Shown: positions 9,922 through 20,200 of the stretch, piece by piece
Position numbering within the stretch: the first letter of the stretch is position 1
Layout of the letters: each line of letters starts with the position of its first letter
NCBI GenBank assembly: GCA_016713135.1
Contig: JADJPR010000022.1
Location: forward strand, 320,861-384,860
Length of the DNA: 64,000 nt
Source of the DNA: Rhodanobacteraceae bacterium
GTDB taxonomy: Bacteria; Pseudomonadota; Gammaproteobacteria; Xanthomonadales; SZUA-5
Reading direction: 5' to 3'
The notes under the pieces: model-generated
Database searches by the model: none
Told to the model about the DNA's origin: nothing
The model's input: only the letters and a program-made list of their open reading frames with translations
Translations under genes and position numbers: made by a program

Positions 9922-11040
9922 TCAGCCTTCCGGTGTCAGCTTCAGCAGGCGTGCGCCGCCACCATCCTCCAGCAACCAGATCGCTCCATCCGGCCCCTGC
10001 TCCACTTCGCGGATGCGCTCGCCCATGGCGTAGCGCGCCGCCTCGCGTGCGCTCGTGCCGTCGATCTCGACGCGCACCAGCGCCTTGGAGCCCATCCCAG
10101 CGATCAGCGCATCGCCCGTCCAGTCGGCGAACATCTCGCCGCGGTAGAAAATGAAATCGCCGGGCGCGATCACCGGGGTCCAGCTGATCTCCGGCGCGTT
10201 GAATTCCGGACGGGTGTCGTGGTCGGGAATGTCGCGGCCGTCATAGTGGCTGCCGTTGGAGACCACCGGCCAGCCGTAGTTCGATCCGCGCTCGATCAGG
10301 TTGAACTCGTCGCCACCGGCAGGACCGTGCTCGATCTCCCACAAGCGCCCCTGTGCATCGAAGGCGATACCCAGCGGATTGCGCAATCCGAGCGCCCAGA
10401 TCTGCGCGGTCACGCCGCCCTTGTCGCTGAAGGGATTGTCGCCGGGCACGCTGCCGTCATCGTTCAGGCGCACCATCTTGCCCAGATTGCCGCTCATGTC
10501 CTGCGCCGGGTCGAAATGCTGGCGATCGCCGGAACTGATGTAGAGGTGGCCATCCGGGCTCAAGGCGATGCGGTGGCCGAAATGACCGCGTCCGCTCATT
10601 TTTGGCGACTGGCGCCAGATCACCGCCAAATCGGTGAGCGCGCCGCCGCCGGCATCGTCCAGCGCCAACTTCGCGCGTGCCACTGCAGCACCGATCTTGC
10701 CGTCTTCGCCCGCCTCCGCATAGCTCAGGTAAACCCACTTGTTTTCCGCGAATTTCGGGTGCAGGACGACGTCGCCGAAGCCACCCTGGCCGCCATAGGC
10801 CACCTTGGGCACGCCACTGATGTCGCCAGTCGCGCCACCGATGGCGTGCAGCTTGAGCCGGCCCTGCTTCTCGGTCACCAGCAAGCGCCCGTCCGGCAGG
10901 AAGGCCATCGCCCAGGGCTCGTCGAACGTCGCCACTTCCTCGACCTTGAATGGCGCGGGGGAAGCCGGCGGCGCATCGGCGAAACTGCAGGCGTTGAGCG
11001 CCAGGCAGAGCGTGGCGGTGAGCAGCGTGGGACGGAACAT
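9922..11040 (-). CDS. PQQ-dependent sugar (aldose/sorbosone) dehydrogenase, lipoprotein
   Basis: Lipobox LALNAC. The beta-propeller signature reads DEPWAMAFLPDGRLLVTEKQGRLKL...GGQGGFGDVVLHP...HFGHRIALSPDG...NPLGIAFD...EHGPAGGDE. Confidence 0.85.
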   Translation of the reverse strand: MFRPTLLTATLCLALNACSFADAPPASPAPFKVEEVATFDEPWAMAFLPDGRLLVTEKQGRLKLHAIGGATGDISGVPKVAYGGQGGFGDVVLHPKFAENKWVYLSYAEAGEDGKIGAAVARAKLALDDAGGGALTDLAVIWRQSPKMSGRGHFGHRIALSPDGHLYISSGDRQHFDPAQDMSGNLGKMVRLNDDGSVPGDNPFSDKGGVTAQIWALGLRNPLGIAFDAQGRLWEIEHGPAGGDEFNLIERGSNYGWPVVSNGSHYDGRDIPDHDTRPEFNAPEISWTPVIAPGDFIFYRGEMFADWTGDALIAGMGSKALVRVEIDGTSAREAARYAMGERIREVEQGPDGAIWLLEDGGGARLLKLTPEG

Positions 11041-11188
11041 GGCGGGCTCCAGATGTTCTTCGCGAAATCACTATTTTGGCACGCACCCGCGCCATGCCGG
11101 CGTCAAGGGCGCCTTGCACGGTTAACATGGGCGCAGCGCAACGCGAAGTCGCCCCTTGGGCCGCGCGGCCTGTTTTTCTTGTCGGCAT

Positions 11189-11293
11189 AGGACGCCAAGG
11201 ACGCAAAGACGAGCAGGGAAAATGCGCGCACCGGCGGGCAAAATCAGGCCAGTCGGCAGATTGCTCTTCTTGGCGTCCTTTGCGTCCTTTGCG
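11189..11293. repeat. Intergenic repeat built from GACGC(C/A)AAG units in imperfect inverted orientation
   Basis: aggacgccaaggacgcaaag (11189-11208) faces cttggcgtcctttgcgtcctttgc (11269-11292). The core gacgcaaagacgagcaggg resembles ggcgcaaagaacgagcgaggg at 17123-17143. Confidence 0.45.
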
Positions 11294-11319
11294 GATCCAA
11301 CGCATTTGGAATCTGGACC

Positions 11320-12504
11320 ATGACGACGCATCTATTCGACGCGATCATCCTCGGCGGCGGCGCCGCCGGGCTGATGTGCGCGCTGACCGCCGGCCGGCGC
11401 GGGCGCCGGGCGCTGGTGATCGAGCACGCCAACCGGGTCGGCAAGAAGATCCTGATGTCCGGCGGCGGGCGCTGCAACTTCACCAATGTCGGCACCGCGC
11501 CAGGGAACTTCCTGTCGGCCAATCCGCATTTCTGCAAGTCGGCGCTAGCGCGCTACCGGCCGGCGGATTTCATCTCGATGGTCGAGCGCCACGGCATCGG
11601 CTTCCACGAGAAGGAACTCGGCCAGCTGTTCTGCAACGACTCGTCGAAGCAGATCGTCGCGATGCTGCTCACCGAATGCGCGCAGGCCGGTGTGCGCATC
11701 GAAACCGGCTGTGCGGTGAGCGCGGTCGCCCGGGTCGACGACGCATTCCGGGTCGACTGCACCCTGGGCCCGGTGACCGCGCCGTCGCTGGTGGTGGCCA
11801 CCGGAGGCCTGTCGATCCCGTCGATGGGCGCCAGCGGCTTCGGCTATGACCTCGCGCGCCAGTTCGGCCACCGCGTGCTGCCGACACGCGCGGGCCTGGT
11901 GCCTTTGACGCTGACCGGCTCGCACCTGGAGCATTGGAGTCCGCTCAGTGGCGTGTCGCTGCCGGTGCGCGCCAGCGCCGGGCGCACACGCTTCGAGCAC
12001 GACATGCTGCTGACGCATCGCGGCCTGAGCGGCCCGGCGATCCTGCAGATCTCCAGCTACTGGCAACCCGGCGATCTATTGCGAATCGATTTGCTGCCGG
12101 GCCGGGATCCGCTCGAGTACCTGCTCGCCGCGCAGAAGCAGCGGCCGGCGGCGGGCCTGCCTGGCGCGCTCGCCGAGGCGCTGCCGAAGCGCTTCGCCCA
12201 GCGCTTCGCCGAGTTGTATGCGGACGAACGCCCGCTGCGCCAGTTCAACAAGCCGGAACTGACGGCATTGGCGGCGCGCCTGGCCGACTGGCCGGTGGTC
12301 CCGAGCGGCACCGAGGGCTATCGCACCGCCGAGGTCACCCTCGGCGGCGTCGACACCGACCAGGTATCGTCGTCCACCATGATGTCGAAGGAGGTGACCG
12401 GGCTGCACTTCGTCGGCGAGGTGCTGGATGTCACCGGCCACCTCGGCGGCTACAACTTCCAGTGGGCCTGGGCCTCCGGACACGCTGCCGGCAGCGCCAT
12501 CTGA
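11320..12504 (+). CDS. HI0933/YhiN (BaiN-like) family flavoprotein
   Basis: DAIILGGGAAGLMCALTAGRRG...KILMSGGGRCNFTN is the family signature. Confidence 0.85.
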   Translation: MTTHLFDAIILGGGAAGLMCALTAGRRGRRALVIEHANRVGKKILMSGGGRCNFTNVGTAPGNFLSANPHFCKSALARYRPADFISMVERHGIGFHEKELGQLFCNDSSKQIVAMLLTECAQAGVRIETGCAVSAVARVDDAFRVDCTLGPVTAPSLVVATGGLSIPSMGASGFGYDLARQFGHRVLPTRAGLVPLTLTGSHLEHWSPLSGVSLPVRASAGRTRFEHDMLLTHRGLSGPAILQISSYWQPGDLLRIDLLPGRDPLEYLLAAQKQRPAAGLPGALAEALPKRFAQRFAELYADERPLRQFNKPELTALAARLADWPVVPSGTEGYRTAEVTLGGVDTDQVSSSTMMSKEVTGLHFVGEVLDVTGHLGGYNFQWAWASGHAAGSAI

Positions 12505-12566
12505 GAACTTGCGCCCGCGGCGCCGCTCCCCGAGCATCCGCGACCGCCCGGGACCGAACCACGACC

Positions 12567-14168
12567 ATGCTGCGCCTCACCGAGATCAAGCTGCCGCTCG
12601 ACCACCCGCCGGAGGCGCTGCGCGCGGCGATCCTCGAGCGCCTGGGCGTGCCGGACGCGCAACTGGCCGGCTTCAAGGTCTACAAGCGCAGCTATGACGC
12701 ACGCAAGCGCTCGGCGATCCTGTTGATCTACACGGTCGATGTGGAACTCGCGCCAGCGACCGAAACATCGCTGCTCCAACGCGGCGTGCCGCACCTGGTC
12801 GCCAGCCCGGACCAGCGCTACCGCTTTGTCGCGCATGCGCCGCCCGGCCTGAGCGAACGCCCGGTGATCATCGGCTTTGGCCCCTGCGGCCTGTTCGCGG
12901 CGCTGATCCTGGCGCAGAGCGGATTCCGGCCGATCGTGCTCGAGCGCGGCCGTGCGGTGCGCCAGCGCACCAAGGACACCTGGGGCCTGTGGCGGCAGCA
13001 GCGACTGGACCCGGAGTCCAATGTCCAGTTCGGCGAAGGCGGCGCCGGGACATTCTCCGACGGCAAGCTCTACAGCCAGATCAAGGATCCGCAGCATTAC
13101 GGGCGCAAGGTGCTGGAGGAATTCGTCAAAGCTGGCGCGCCGGACGAAATCCTGTACGTGAGCAAGCCGCATATCGGCACCTTCCGCCTGGTCAGCATGG
13201 TCGAGCGCATGCGCGCCGGGATCATCGCGCTCGGCGGCGAGATTCGCTTCGAGGCGCGCGTCGAGGACCTGCTGCTGGACGATTCGCACGCGGTGCGAGG
13301 CTTGCGCCTGGCGGATGGCGAAGAACTCGCATGCCGCCACGTCGTGCTGGCCATCGGCCACAGCGCGCGCGACACCTTCCGCATGCTGTACGCGCGCGGT
13401 GTGCACATCGATGCCAAGCCTTTCTCGATCGGCTTCCGCATCGAGCATCCGCAATCGCTGGTGGACCAGGCGCGCTTCGGCGCATTCGCCGGGCATCCGC
13501 TGCTGGGCGCCGCCGACTACAAGCTGGTGCATCACTGCGGCAACGGGCGCTCGGTCTACAGTTTCTGCATGTGCCCGGGGGGCACTGTGGTGGCGGCCAC
13601 GTCCGAGGCCGGCCAGGTGGTCACCAACGGCATGAGCCAGTATTCGCGCAACGAGCGCAACGCGAATGCCGGCCTGGTCGTGGGGATCAGCCCGGCCGAC
13701 TACCCCGGCGATCCGTTGGCCGGCATCGAGTTCCAGCGTCGGCTCGAAAAGCACGCCTTCGAGCTTGGCGGCGGCGGCTATATCGCGCCGGGCCAGCGGG
13801 TCGCCGACTTCCTCCAAGGGATCCCCTCGCGCGGCTTCGGCGGGGTGGAGCCGTCCTACAAACCCGGCGTGCTGCCCTGCGATCTCGCGACCGCCCTGCC
13901 CGGCTACGCCATCGCGGCGATCCGCGAGGCGATCCCGGCGCTCGACCGCCAGCTGAAGGGCTTCGCGCTCGGCGATGCGGTGCTGACCGGCGTCGAGACC
14001 CGCACCTCCTCGCCCATCCGCATCCAGCGCGGCGAGCACTACCAGAGCGTCAACACGCCGGGCCTGTACCCGGCCGGCGAAGGCGCCAGTTACGCCGGCG
14101 GCATCTACTCGGCGGCCATCGACGGCATCGAGGTGGCGCAGGCGGTGGCGCTGGCGATGACCCGGTGA
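12567..14168 (+). CDS. FAD-dependent protein (COG2509-like dehydrogenase)
   Basis: The start MLRLTEIKLPLDH was chosen inside the 11934..14168 ORF. Contains VIIGFGPCGLFAALILAQSG and FCMCPGG motifs. Confidence 0.8.
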   Translation: MLRLTEIKLPLDHPPEALRAAILERLGVPDAQLAGFKVYKRSYDARKRSAILLIYTVDVELAPATETSLLQRGVPHLVASPDQRYRFVAHAPPGLSERPVIIGFGPCGLFAALILAQSGFRPIVLERGRAVRQRTKDTWGLWRQQRLDPESNVQFGEGGAGTFSDGKLYSQIKDPQHYGRKVLEEFVKAGAPDEILYVSKPHIGTFRLVSMVERMRAGIIALGGEIRFEARVEDLLLDDSHAVRGLRLADGEELACRHVVLAIGHSARDTFRMLYARGVHIDAKPFSIGFRIEHPQSLVDQARFGAFAGHPLLGAADYKLVHHCGNGRSVYSFCMCPGGTVVAATSEAGQVVTNGMSQYSRNERNANAGLVVGISPADYPGDPLAGIEFQRRLEKHAFELGGGGYIAPGQRVADFLQGIPSRGFGGVEPSYKPGVLPCDLATALPGYAIAAIREAIPALDRQLKGFALGDAVLTGVETRTSSPIRIQRGEHYQSVNTPGLYPAGEGASYAGGIYSAAIDGIEVAQAVALAMTR

Positions 14169-15100
14169 ACCGGCCGCGCTTCCGCCTGCCGCCGCTGCCC
14201 GGATACCTGTCCTGTCGCAAGGTACTGACCGCGCCGTTCGAGGGCTCGTTGATCGACGCGATGTGCGCGCACTATGCCGAGGTGCCGCGCCAAGAACTGG
14301 AGCAGCGCTTCGCCCAGCGGCATGTGTTCGGCGAGGACGGCCAGCCGGTGGCTGCCGACCTGCCCTTCCGCGCGCCGTTCGAGGTGCACTACTACCGGCC
14401 CTTCGCCGAAGCGCCGATTCCGGTGCGCGAAGCGATCCTGCACGAAGACGAATACCTCATCGCGGTCGACAAACCGCACTTCCTGCCGGTGCATCCGGCG
14501 GGCAAATACCTGCGGGAAACCCTGGTCGAGCGCCTGCGCCAGCGGCTCGGTTGCGCCGACCTGTCGCCGTTGCACCGGCTGGACCGCGCCACCGCCGGCG
14601 TGGTCTTGTTCGCGCGTCATGCGGCCACCCGCGGCGCTTACCAGAACCGGTTTCGCGACCGCCTGGTCGAGAAGCGCTACGAGGCCTGGGCGCCGCCGCT
14701 GCCGGAGCGAGTGTTTCCTCTCGACTACGCTTCACGCCTGGAGCGCCACGCCGACGGCTTCCGCAGCGAGGAAGTCCCGGGCGAGCCGAACGCGCACACC
14801 CGCATCGAGGTGATCGAGCGCGGTGAGACGCTGTGGCGCTACGCCTTGTATCCCAGCAGCGGCCAGATGCACCAGCTGCGCGCCCAGATGTCCGCACTCG
14901 GCGCGCCGATCGTCAACGACGACTGGTACCCGGTGGCGCAGCCGAGCGGCCCGGATGATTACTCGCGGCCGCTGCAACTGCTGGCTGAAAGTCTGGCCTT
15001 CGACGATCCCGTAACGGGGGCGCGGCGCGAATTCCGCAGCGACATCCGGCTGAGTCGCCGTGTGCAGATCGAAACTCAGTACCTTGGGAACCGAGCGTAG
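14165..15100 (+). CDS. RluA-family pseudouridine synthase
   Basis: The GTG start overlaps the upstream stop (gtga at 14165-14168). Catalytic motif SPLHRLDRATAGVVLFA. An ATG at about 14260 is an alternative start. Confidence 0.75.
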   Translation: MNRPRFRLPPLPGYLSCRKVLTAPFEGSLIDAMCAHYAEVPRQELEQRFAQRHVFGEDGQPVAADLPFRAPFEVHYYRPFAEAPIPVREAILHEDEYLIAVDKPHFLPVHPAGKYLRETLVERLRQRLGCADLSPLHRLDRATAGVVLFARHAATRGAYQNRFRDRLVEKRYEAWAPPLPERVFPLDYASRLERHADGFRSEEVPGEPNAHTRIEVIERGETLWRYALYPSSGQMHQLRAQMSALGAPIVNDDWYPVAQPSGPDDYSRPLQLLAESLAFDDPVTGARREFRSDIRLSRRVQIETQYLGNRA

Positions 15101-15265
15101 CCCGATGTGCGGCGCCAGCCGCTCACCGGGTACTTGCCGCAAGCGCCCGGTAAACGCGCGGGCTACGCGACTCGACCCGCGGCAAGCCGAAGTTCGGGTC
15201 CAGTTCGTTCCAGCATTCACCGCGCCGATCGCCAACGAGGGAACGATCACCGCGAGGAGAGTCGC

Positions 15266-15823
15266 TCAAGGCCGCCAGTTGGCGTGCGCCTCCCAGAAGG
15301 CCACGCTGCGCCGGTAGGCTTCGCGGTCCAGCGCCACGCCCGAACCGCCTTCGGCCACACCCAGCGCATTGCGCATCATTGTGATCGGCACCATCGGGAT
15401 CTCGTCAGGCGCCATCGTGTAGAGGCAACCGACGATGCCCCAGTCGGCATCGATTGGCGTGCCTTCCTTCGCCAACTGCGCGCGGCTGTAGAGAATCGGC
15501 AGCAAGTACGCCGCCACCGGCGGCTCCAGGCCCTCGAACCAGCGCACCAGCACCGGCAATTCCTCGCGCGTACGCGCCTCGTAGCCACTGCGCAGCCGGT
15601 GGCGGTTCTCGTCCGTGATGGCGATCACCGAACAGCGCGTCGATGTCCAGTTGCGATGCGCATGCAGCACGCAGAACGGCGCATAGCCGGAGATCACGCG
15701 TTCCGGCGCGCGCGCGTTGAGCTGGTCGACGAACTCCTCGGCGCTGCAGTCCTGGATGGCCGTGATGCGCCGGTCGCGCGGGAACAATCGGGCGCGGGCG
15801 AATTCGGTCATCGCAATCGACAT
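15266..15823 (-). CDS. conserved hypothetical protein (DUF3228-like)
   Basis: Coding-like codon usage. The family assignment is from memory only. Confidence 0.55.
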   Translation of the reverse strand: MSIAMTEFARARLFPRDRRITAIQDCSAEEFVDQLNARAPERVISGYAPFCVLHAHRNWTSTRCSVIAITDENRHRLRSGYEARTREELPVLVRWFEGLEPPVAAYLLPILYSRAQLAKEGTPIDADWGIVGCLYTMAPDEIPMVPITMMRNALGVAEGGSGVALDREAYRRSVAFWEAHANWRP

Positions 15824-15835
15824 GCAGTGGATTCC

Positions 15836-16054
15836 TCACTGGAAAGTGCGCGAAAGCTCCGACAGCTCCTGCGGCGTCCGGGCTTCGCCGGAGTGGATGA
15901 TCGCATCCACCTGCTCCGGCGTGATCGGATCGCGCCAGGGGCTGTCCACATTGTTGCGATAGACCCGCGTACGCAGGGTCAGTGTCGCCTGGTTGAGCTT
16001 CTGCCCCGGCCAGTCGATCTGCGGAGCGTCGTTCGACCAGCGCACGCAGCCCAA
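15836..16054 (-). CDS. small hypothetical protein
   Basis: 72-aa ORF with GC-rich third positions, ending 12 nt upstream of the DUF3228-like gene start. No family was recognised. Confidence 0.4.
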   Translation of the reverse strand: MGCVRWSNDAPQIDWPGQKLNQATLTLRTRVYRNNVDSPWRDPITPEQVDAIIHSGEARTPQELSELSRTFQ

Positions 16055-16160
16055 CGCCGGTCAAGCGCGGCCAGACGTGGGCGGCCGACTTGCGATGATC
16101 TCGCGATACGCCTGCCGGGGGCGAATGTGTATCGTCATCGCCCCGGAACGAGACAACGCC

Positions 16161-16868
16161 ATGGATAACGGCTGGGACGCCTCTGCGCGCGCATGGATCG
16201 AAGTCATCGGCGACGACGGCGACTGGGGCCGGCGGCATGTGCTGGATGCCCCGATGTTGGCGCGCGTGCGCGGCCGCGGCTTCCGCGAAGCGCTCGACAT
16301 CGGCTGCGGCGAAGGACGCTTCTGCCGCATGCTGGCGGCAGAAGGCATCGCGTGCATCGGCATCGACCCGACCGAGGAACTGATCGCCACCGCCCGATTG
16401 CGTGATCCGGACGGCGACTACCGCGTCGAGCCCGCCGAGTCCCTGAGCCTGAAGGATGCCAGCGTGGACCTGGCGGTTGCCTACTTGTCGCTGATCGACA
16501 TCGGCAGACTCAAGCCAGCCCTGGCCGAAGCGCACCGCGTGCTGCGGCCCGGCGGGAGCTTCCTGATCGCCAACCTGCAGAGCTTCAACACCGCTGCCAT
16601 TCCGCTTGGCTGGACCCACGAGCCCGACGGCAGCCGCCGCTTCTGCATCGACCACTACCTGTGCGTGCGGCCAGTCGAGACCGCCTGGCGCGGCATCCGC
16701 ATCGTCAACTGGCACCGGCCGATGCACCACTACATGCAGGGCTTGCTCGATGCAGGATTCGACCTGGTCTACTTCGACGAACCCGCACCCTACGGCGTGG
16801 ACGACGACAAGGCCGAACGCTACCGCCGCGCGCCGAATTTCCTCGTGATGGAGTGGCGCAAGCGCTGA
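16161..16868 (+). CDS. class I SAM-dependent methyltransferase
   Basis: The start MDNGWDAS was chosen. Motif I reads ALDIGCGEGRFCRML, and the post-I region reads GIDPTEELI. Confidence 0.8.
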   Translation: MDNGWDASARAWIEVIGDDGDWGRRHVLDAPMLARVRGRGFREALDIGCGEGRFCRMLAAEGIACIGIDPTEELIATARLRDPDGDYRVEPAESLSLKDASVDLAVAYLSLIDIGRLKPALAEAHRVLRPGGSFLIANLQSFNTAAIPLGWTHEPDGSRRFCIDHYLCVRPVETAWRGIRIVNWHRPMHHYMQGLLDAGFDLVYFDEPAPYGVDDDKAERYRRAPNFLVMEWRKR

Positions 16869-16883
16869 TGGAGCTCAGATGTC

Positions 16884-16906
16884 GTCGGATGTCGCGCGCA
16901 TCCGAC
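16884..16906 (+). terminator. Hairpin just after the methyltransferase stop
   Basis: gtcggatg (16884-16891) pairs with catccgac (16899-16906) across a 7-nt loop. There is no T-tract. Confidence 0.35.
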
Positions 16907-17007
16907 AGCCGATGCGCATGTCCATCTGGGCGGCCACCAGGCTGGTACGGAACACACCCGGCGCTGAATTGACGGCGGTCAAGATCCTGGCCACTGGCGC
17001 GACCAAG

Positions 17008-17260
17008 CTAGCCCGGATGTTTCATGAAGGCACGCGGATGATCGCGAAGGGCTTTGCGCCGGGATCGAGGCGCGAGGAGGAGGAATGGTTGTTCCATTGC
17101 GACGACGAGCAACGAAGAGACCGGCGCAAAGAACGAGCGAGGGCTGCGTGAGCGAGGAAATGGTGCGTCCGGTCCGAGAGCGCGCAAAACACGGCGATTC
17201 CCGTGTCACAACATAGAAGTCGATCCATTTCCTCGCGACTTCATGAAACATCCGGGCTAG
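17008..17260. mobile_element. MITE-like element with 22-bp perfect terminal inverted repeats
   Basis: ctagcccggatgtttcatgaag (17008-17029) is the exact reverse complement of cttcatgaaacatccgggctag (17239-17260). There is an internal 11-bp inverted repeat, ctttgcgccgg (17052-17062) against ccggcgcaaag (17121-17131). GC looks lower than in the flanks, and no plausible ORF is present. Confidence 0.5.
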
Positions 17261-17290
17261 GAATATCCCCCGGCTTTCGGGAGTCTGATC

Positions 17291-20200
17291 GTGGTGCAAC
17301 ACGCGATTTTCCTGGCAGCGGCGCTGCTGCTGAACGCACTGTGCGCAGAGCCTGTCACTGCCGTGCCCGCTTCCACCGCGCAGGAATCGGCGGTGGCCGA
17401 GGCGGCGCAGCACCTGGCCCGCGGTGACGCCGGATCGGCACTGGCGGTCCTGAAGCCACTACCCGACTCGGTCCCGGTGCTGCTGCTGCGCGGCGCGGCA
17501 AAGCAGGAATTGCTGCAATGGGACTCCGCCCTGGCTGACTTCGAGCGCGCGTTGGAGACTGATCCGCGCAGTGCCGATGCCTACACGGCCCGCGGCCATT
17601 GGTATGCCATCGATGGCAAGGATGCGAAGGCGGTCGCCGACTTCGACCGTGCCCTCGCCATCGACCCCGGACACCGCGACGCCTTGTTCCGCCGCGCCAC
17701 TGCCCACTTCCGGCGCAACCGGTTCGCCGCAGCCCGCGCCGATTGCCTGGCCCTGCTGGCGATCGAGCCGGCGCACGCCGACGCCACGGAACTGTTGGCC
17801 GACGTCGAGCGCAAACTTGGCATCGCCGGCGCGCGCCCGTCGCCACCGGCGGAACCGCCAGCTGCGCCGACGCGTCCCGCTGTCGTGTCCGCTCCTCCCC
17901 CGCCGCCCGCGCCCGCAACGGTGCCAGCGTCGGTCGGCAACACGCCTGCGCAGGCAGCGACATCGGGCGCGAGCGGGCTTCCGCCGATTGCGCTGCCGCC
18001 CCTGCCCCGGCCCAGCGCCGTCAATCTGCCGGCGCCGCGCTTCGCCAGCCAGCAGGCCTGCAACATCGAGTACTGGAGCATGGCGGGCGCGCCCTGGGGA
18101 GGCGCGAAGGCGTCCAGCTCCCCGCCGACCGCGGCCGACAACGCGTTCACCGACGCCGAGTACCGCGCGCTGGTGAGTCGCGTGCAGGCCGCCATCGCGC
18201 AGCTGTACGCGCCGATGACCGCAACGCAGCAAACCCGCTTCGAGGCCTTGTGGGCGCCGTTCCACGACTACCCGAACGCAGCCGACCAGCGCTATTTCGC
18301 TGCCTTCCTGCCGCTGATGGACGAGTACCTGCGCCTGCGCGCGGCGATTGCCGCGGTCGATGTCGCCCAGCAGGATGCACTGTTGGCGGCCGGCGTGGCT
18401 GCGGCGCTGGGCGATGAGGCTGGCGTACGCGATGCGCTCGATCTCGGTTTCATGCAGGTGCAGCAGGCGCGTGAGCATGAGATGGCGCTGTACGGCGTGC
18501 AGCGGCAGATGCGCGACCTCGGCGATGCGCCGAATCCCCTGGCCGAACGTTGCGCCGCGCGGCGCCGCCACCAGCAAGCGCGCGCAGCGCTGCAGCCGGC
18601 GAACGGCGTCTACGTGCTCAGCGAGACCTGGCACGCGCTGGCGCCGGCGAGCCGCGATCCGGAGCGGACCGAAGTCACCGTGCGCGGGGATCGCGCAGTC
18701 ACCGCCAGCTCGGCGCGGATCGAGATGCGTACGCCCCAGGTGGAGTCGGGCGCCGCGCGGGCGCCCGATCCGGTCGCGGTGGAGATCGGCCGTGTCAGCG
18801 TGGCGATCGACTGGGACGTGCCACCGATGTTCGCGCTCGACGAGGCCATCAGTGGCGAGATCCGCATCCGCGATGCGGGCAGTCGCGGCGATCTCGACCG
18901 CCGGGGCTACATCGTGGTCGCGTACAAGTTGCTGCGCGACGACGCCTGTGTTCCGGCGCTGGTCAATTTCCGCGAAGATCCGTCGACGAATACCGAGCGC
19001 TATGGTGCCGTGTGCCAGAACCGCCTCGGCGTCTACGGCGATGGCATCGAGATCCGCCAGCGCAACGGCACCCACGCCGTGCGGAATGCGGCCGCGCTGG
19101 CCGCCCCGGAGGGGCCGCTGCGGGCGGCGTCGGTTGCCGGGCGCACGCCTCAGCCCAGCCTGCTGATCGTGGTCGACATCGATTCCACCGCGCGCTTCTT
19201 CTACCGCTACCGCCTGCGCGACGCCAGCGATTCGACTGCGCTGGCCAATCCCGAACAACTGGGACAGGCCGGAAGCCAACGCGAGCCGCCCCCCGATCCG
19301 CAGGCTGCGATCGCCGAGGCCATCGCCCAACGCCGCGCGCTGGTTGACGCGTTGGGCCAGCTGGAAGCCAGCTGGCAGCGCGAGCTGGACGCGGTCCGTG
19401 CCGGCGTCGCCAACCGTCCGGCGACTGCCGCCGAAACCGAGCAGATCGCACAACTGGAACAACGCGTGTTGCAGCAGCAGGCGAACCGCCAGGCCGAACT
19501 GGACGCCATCGCGACCCTCCAGACCGGCGTGATCGCGCGCACGCCGAGCGCCTGGGACCGGCGCGAAACCGAGCGCTTCCGCCAGCGCATCATCGACGAA
19601 TCCGCCCAACTGACGCGCCTGCTGCATGTCGCGGCCGCGCTGCCGCGCCTGGCGCGGATGGCCAGCGACGGCGGCCGCCTGCACGCGGCCACCCTGCAGC
19701 AGATGCGCGAGGCCCTCGCGCAGCCCGACCCGATGCCGGCAATGCAGCGCATCGGCGCCAGCGTGCGCGCGCATTTCGAGGGGGAGCAGGCCGTTGCGCT
19801 GGCGGAGAAGGAGCGCGCCGACTGGCGTTACACGATCCCGGCGTGGACGCGCACCGGCGCGGACGCTGCGATGTTCCTGGGCGCGATGCTTGGCGGTGGC
19901 GGGGCCATGCTGGTTGGCAGTTATGGTGTGGGCACCGGCTATTTCGACGGCGGCGCGCGCCAGGCTGCAGAGAACGGCGTGCGCAGCGCCAGCCAGGTGG
20001 TCGATGTGGTGTGGGGCGCCTGGCAAGGCTACTTCGCGCGCGACCCCGCCACCGGCCAGTGGCGCGGCTGGGCCGGCGCGGCAGAAAGCACCGCGACGAT
20101 GTTCGTGATGAATGTCGTCACCGGACGCGTGGCCGCCCACCTGCACGGCGGCAAGCTGCCGGCGGACGTGCCGATCCCGCAACCGCGGGCAGGCGCCAAG

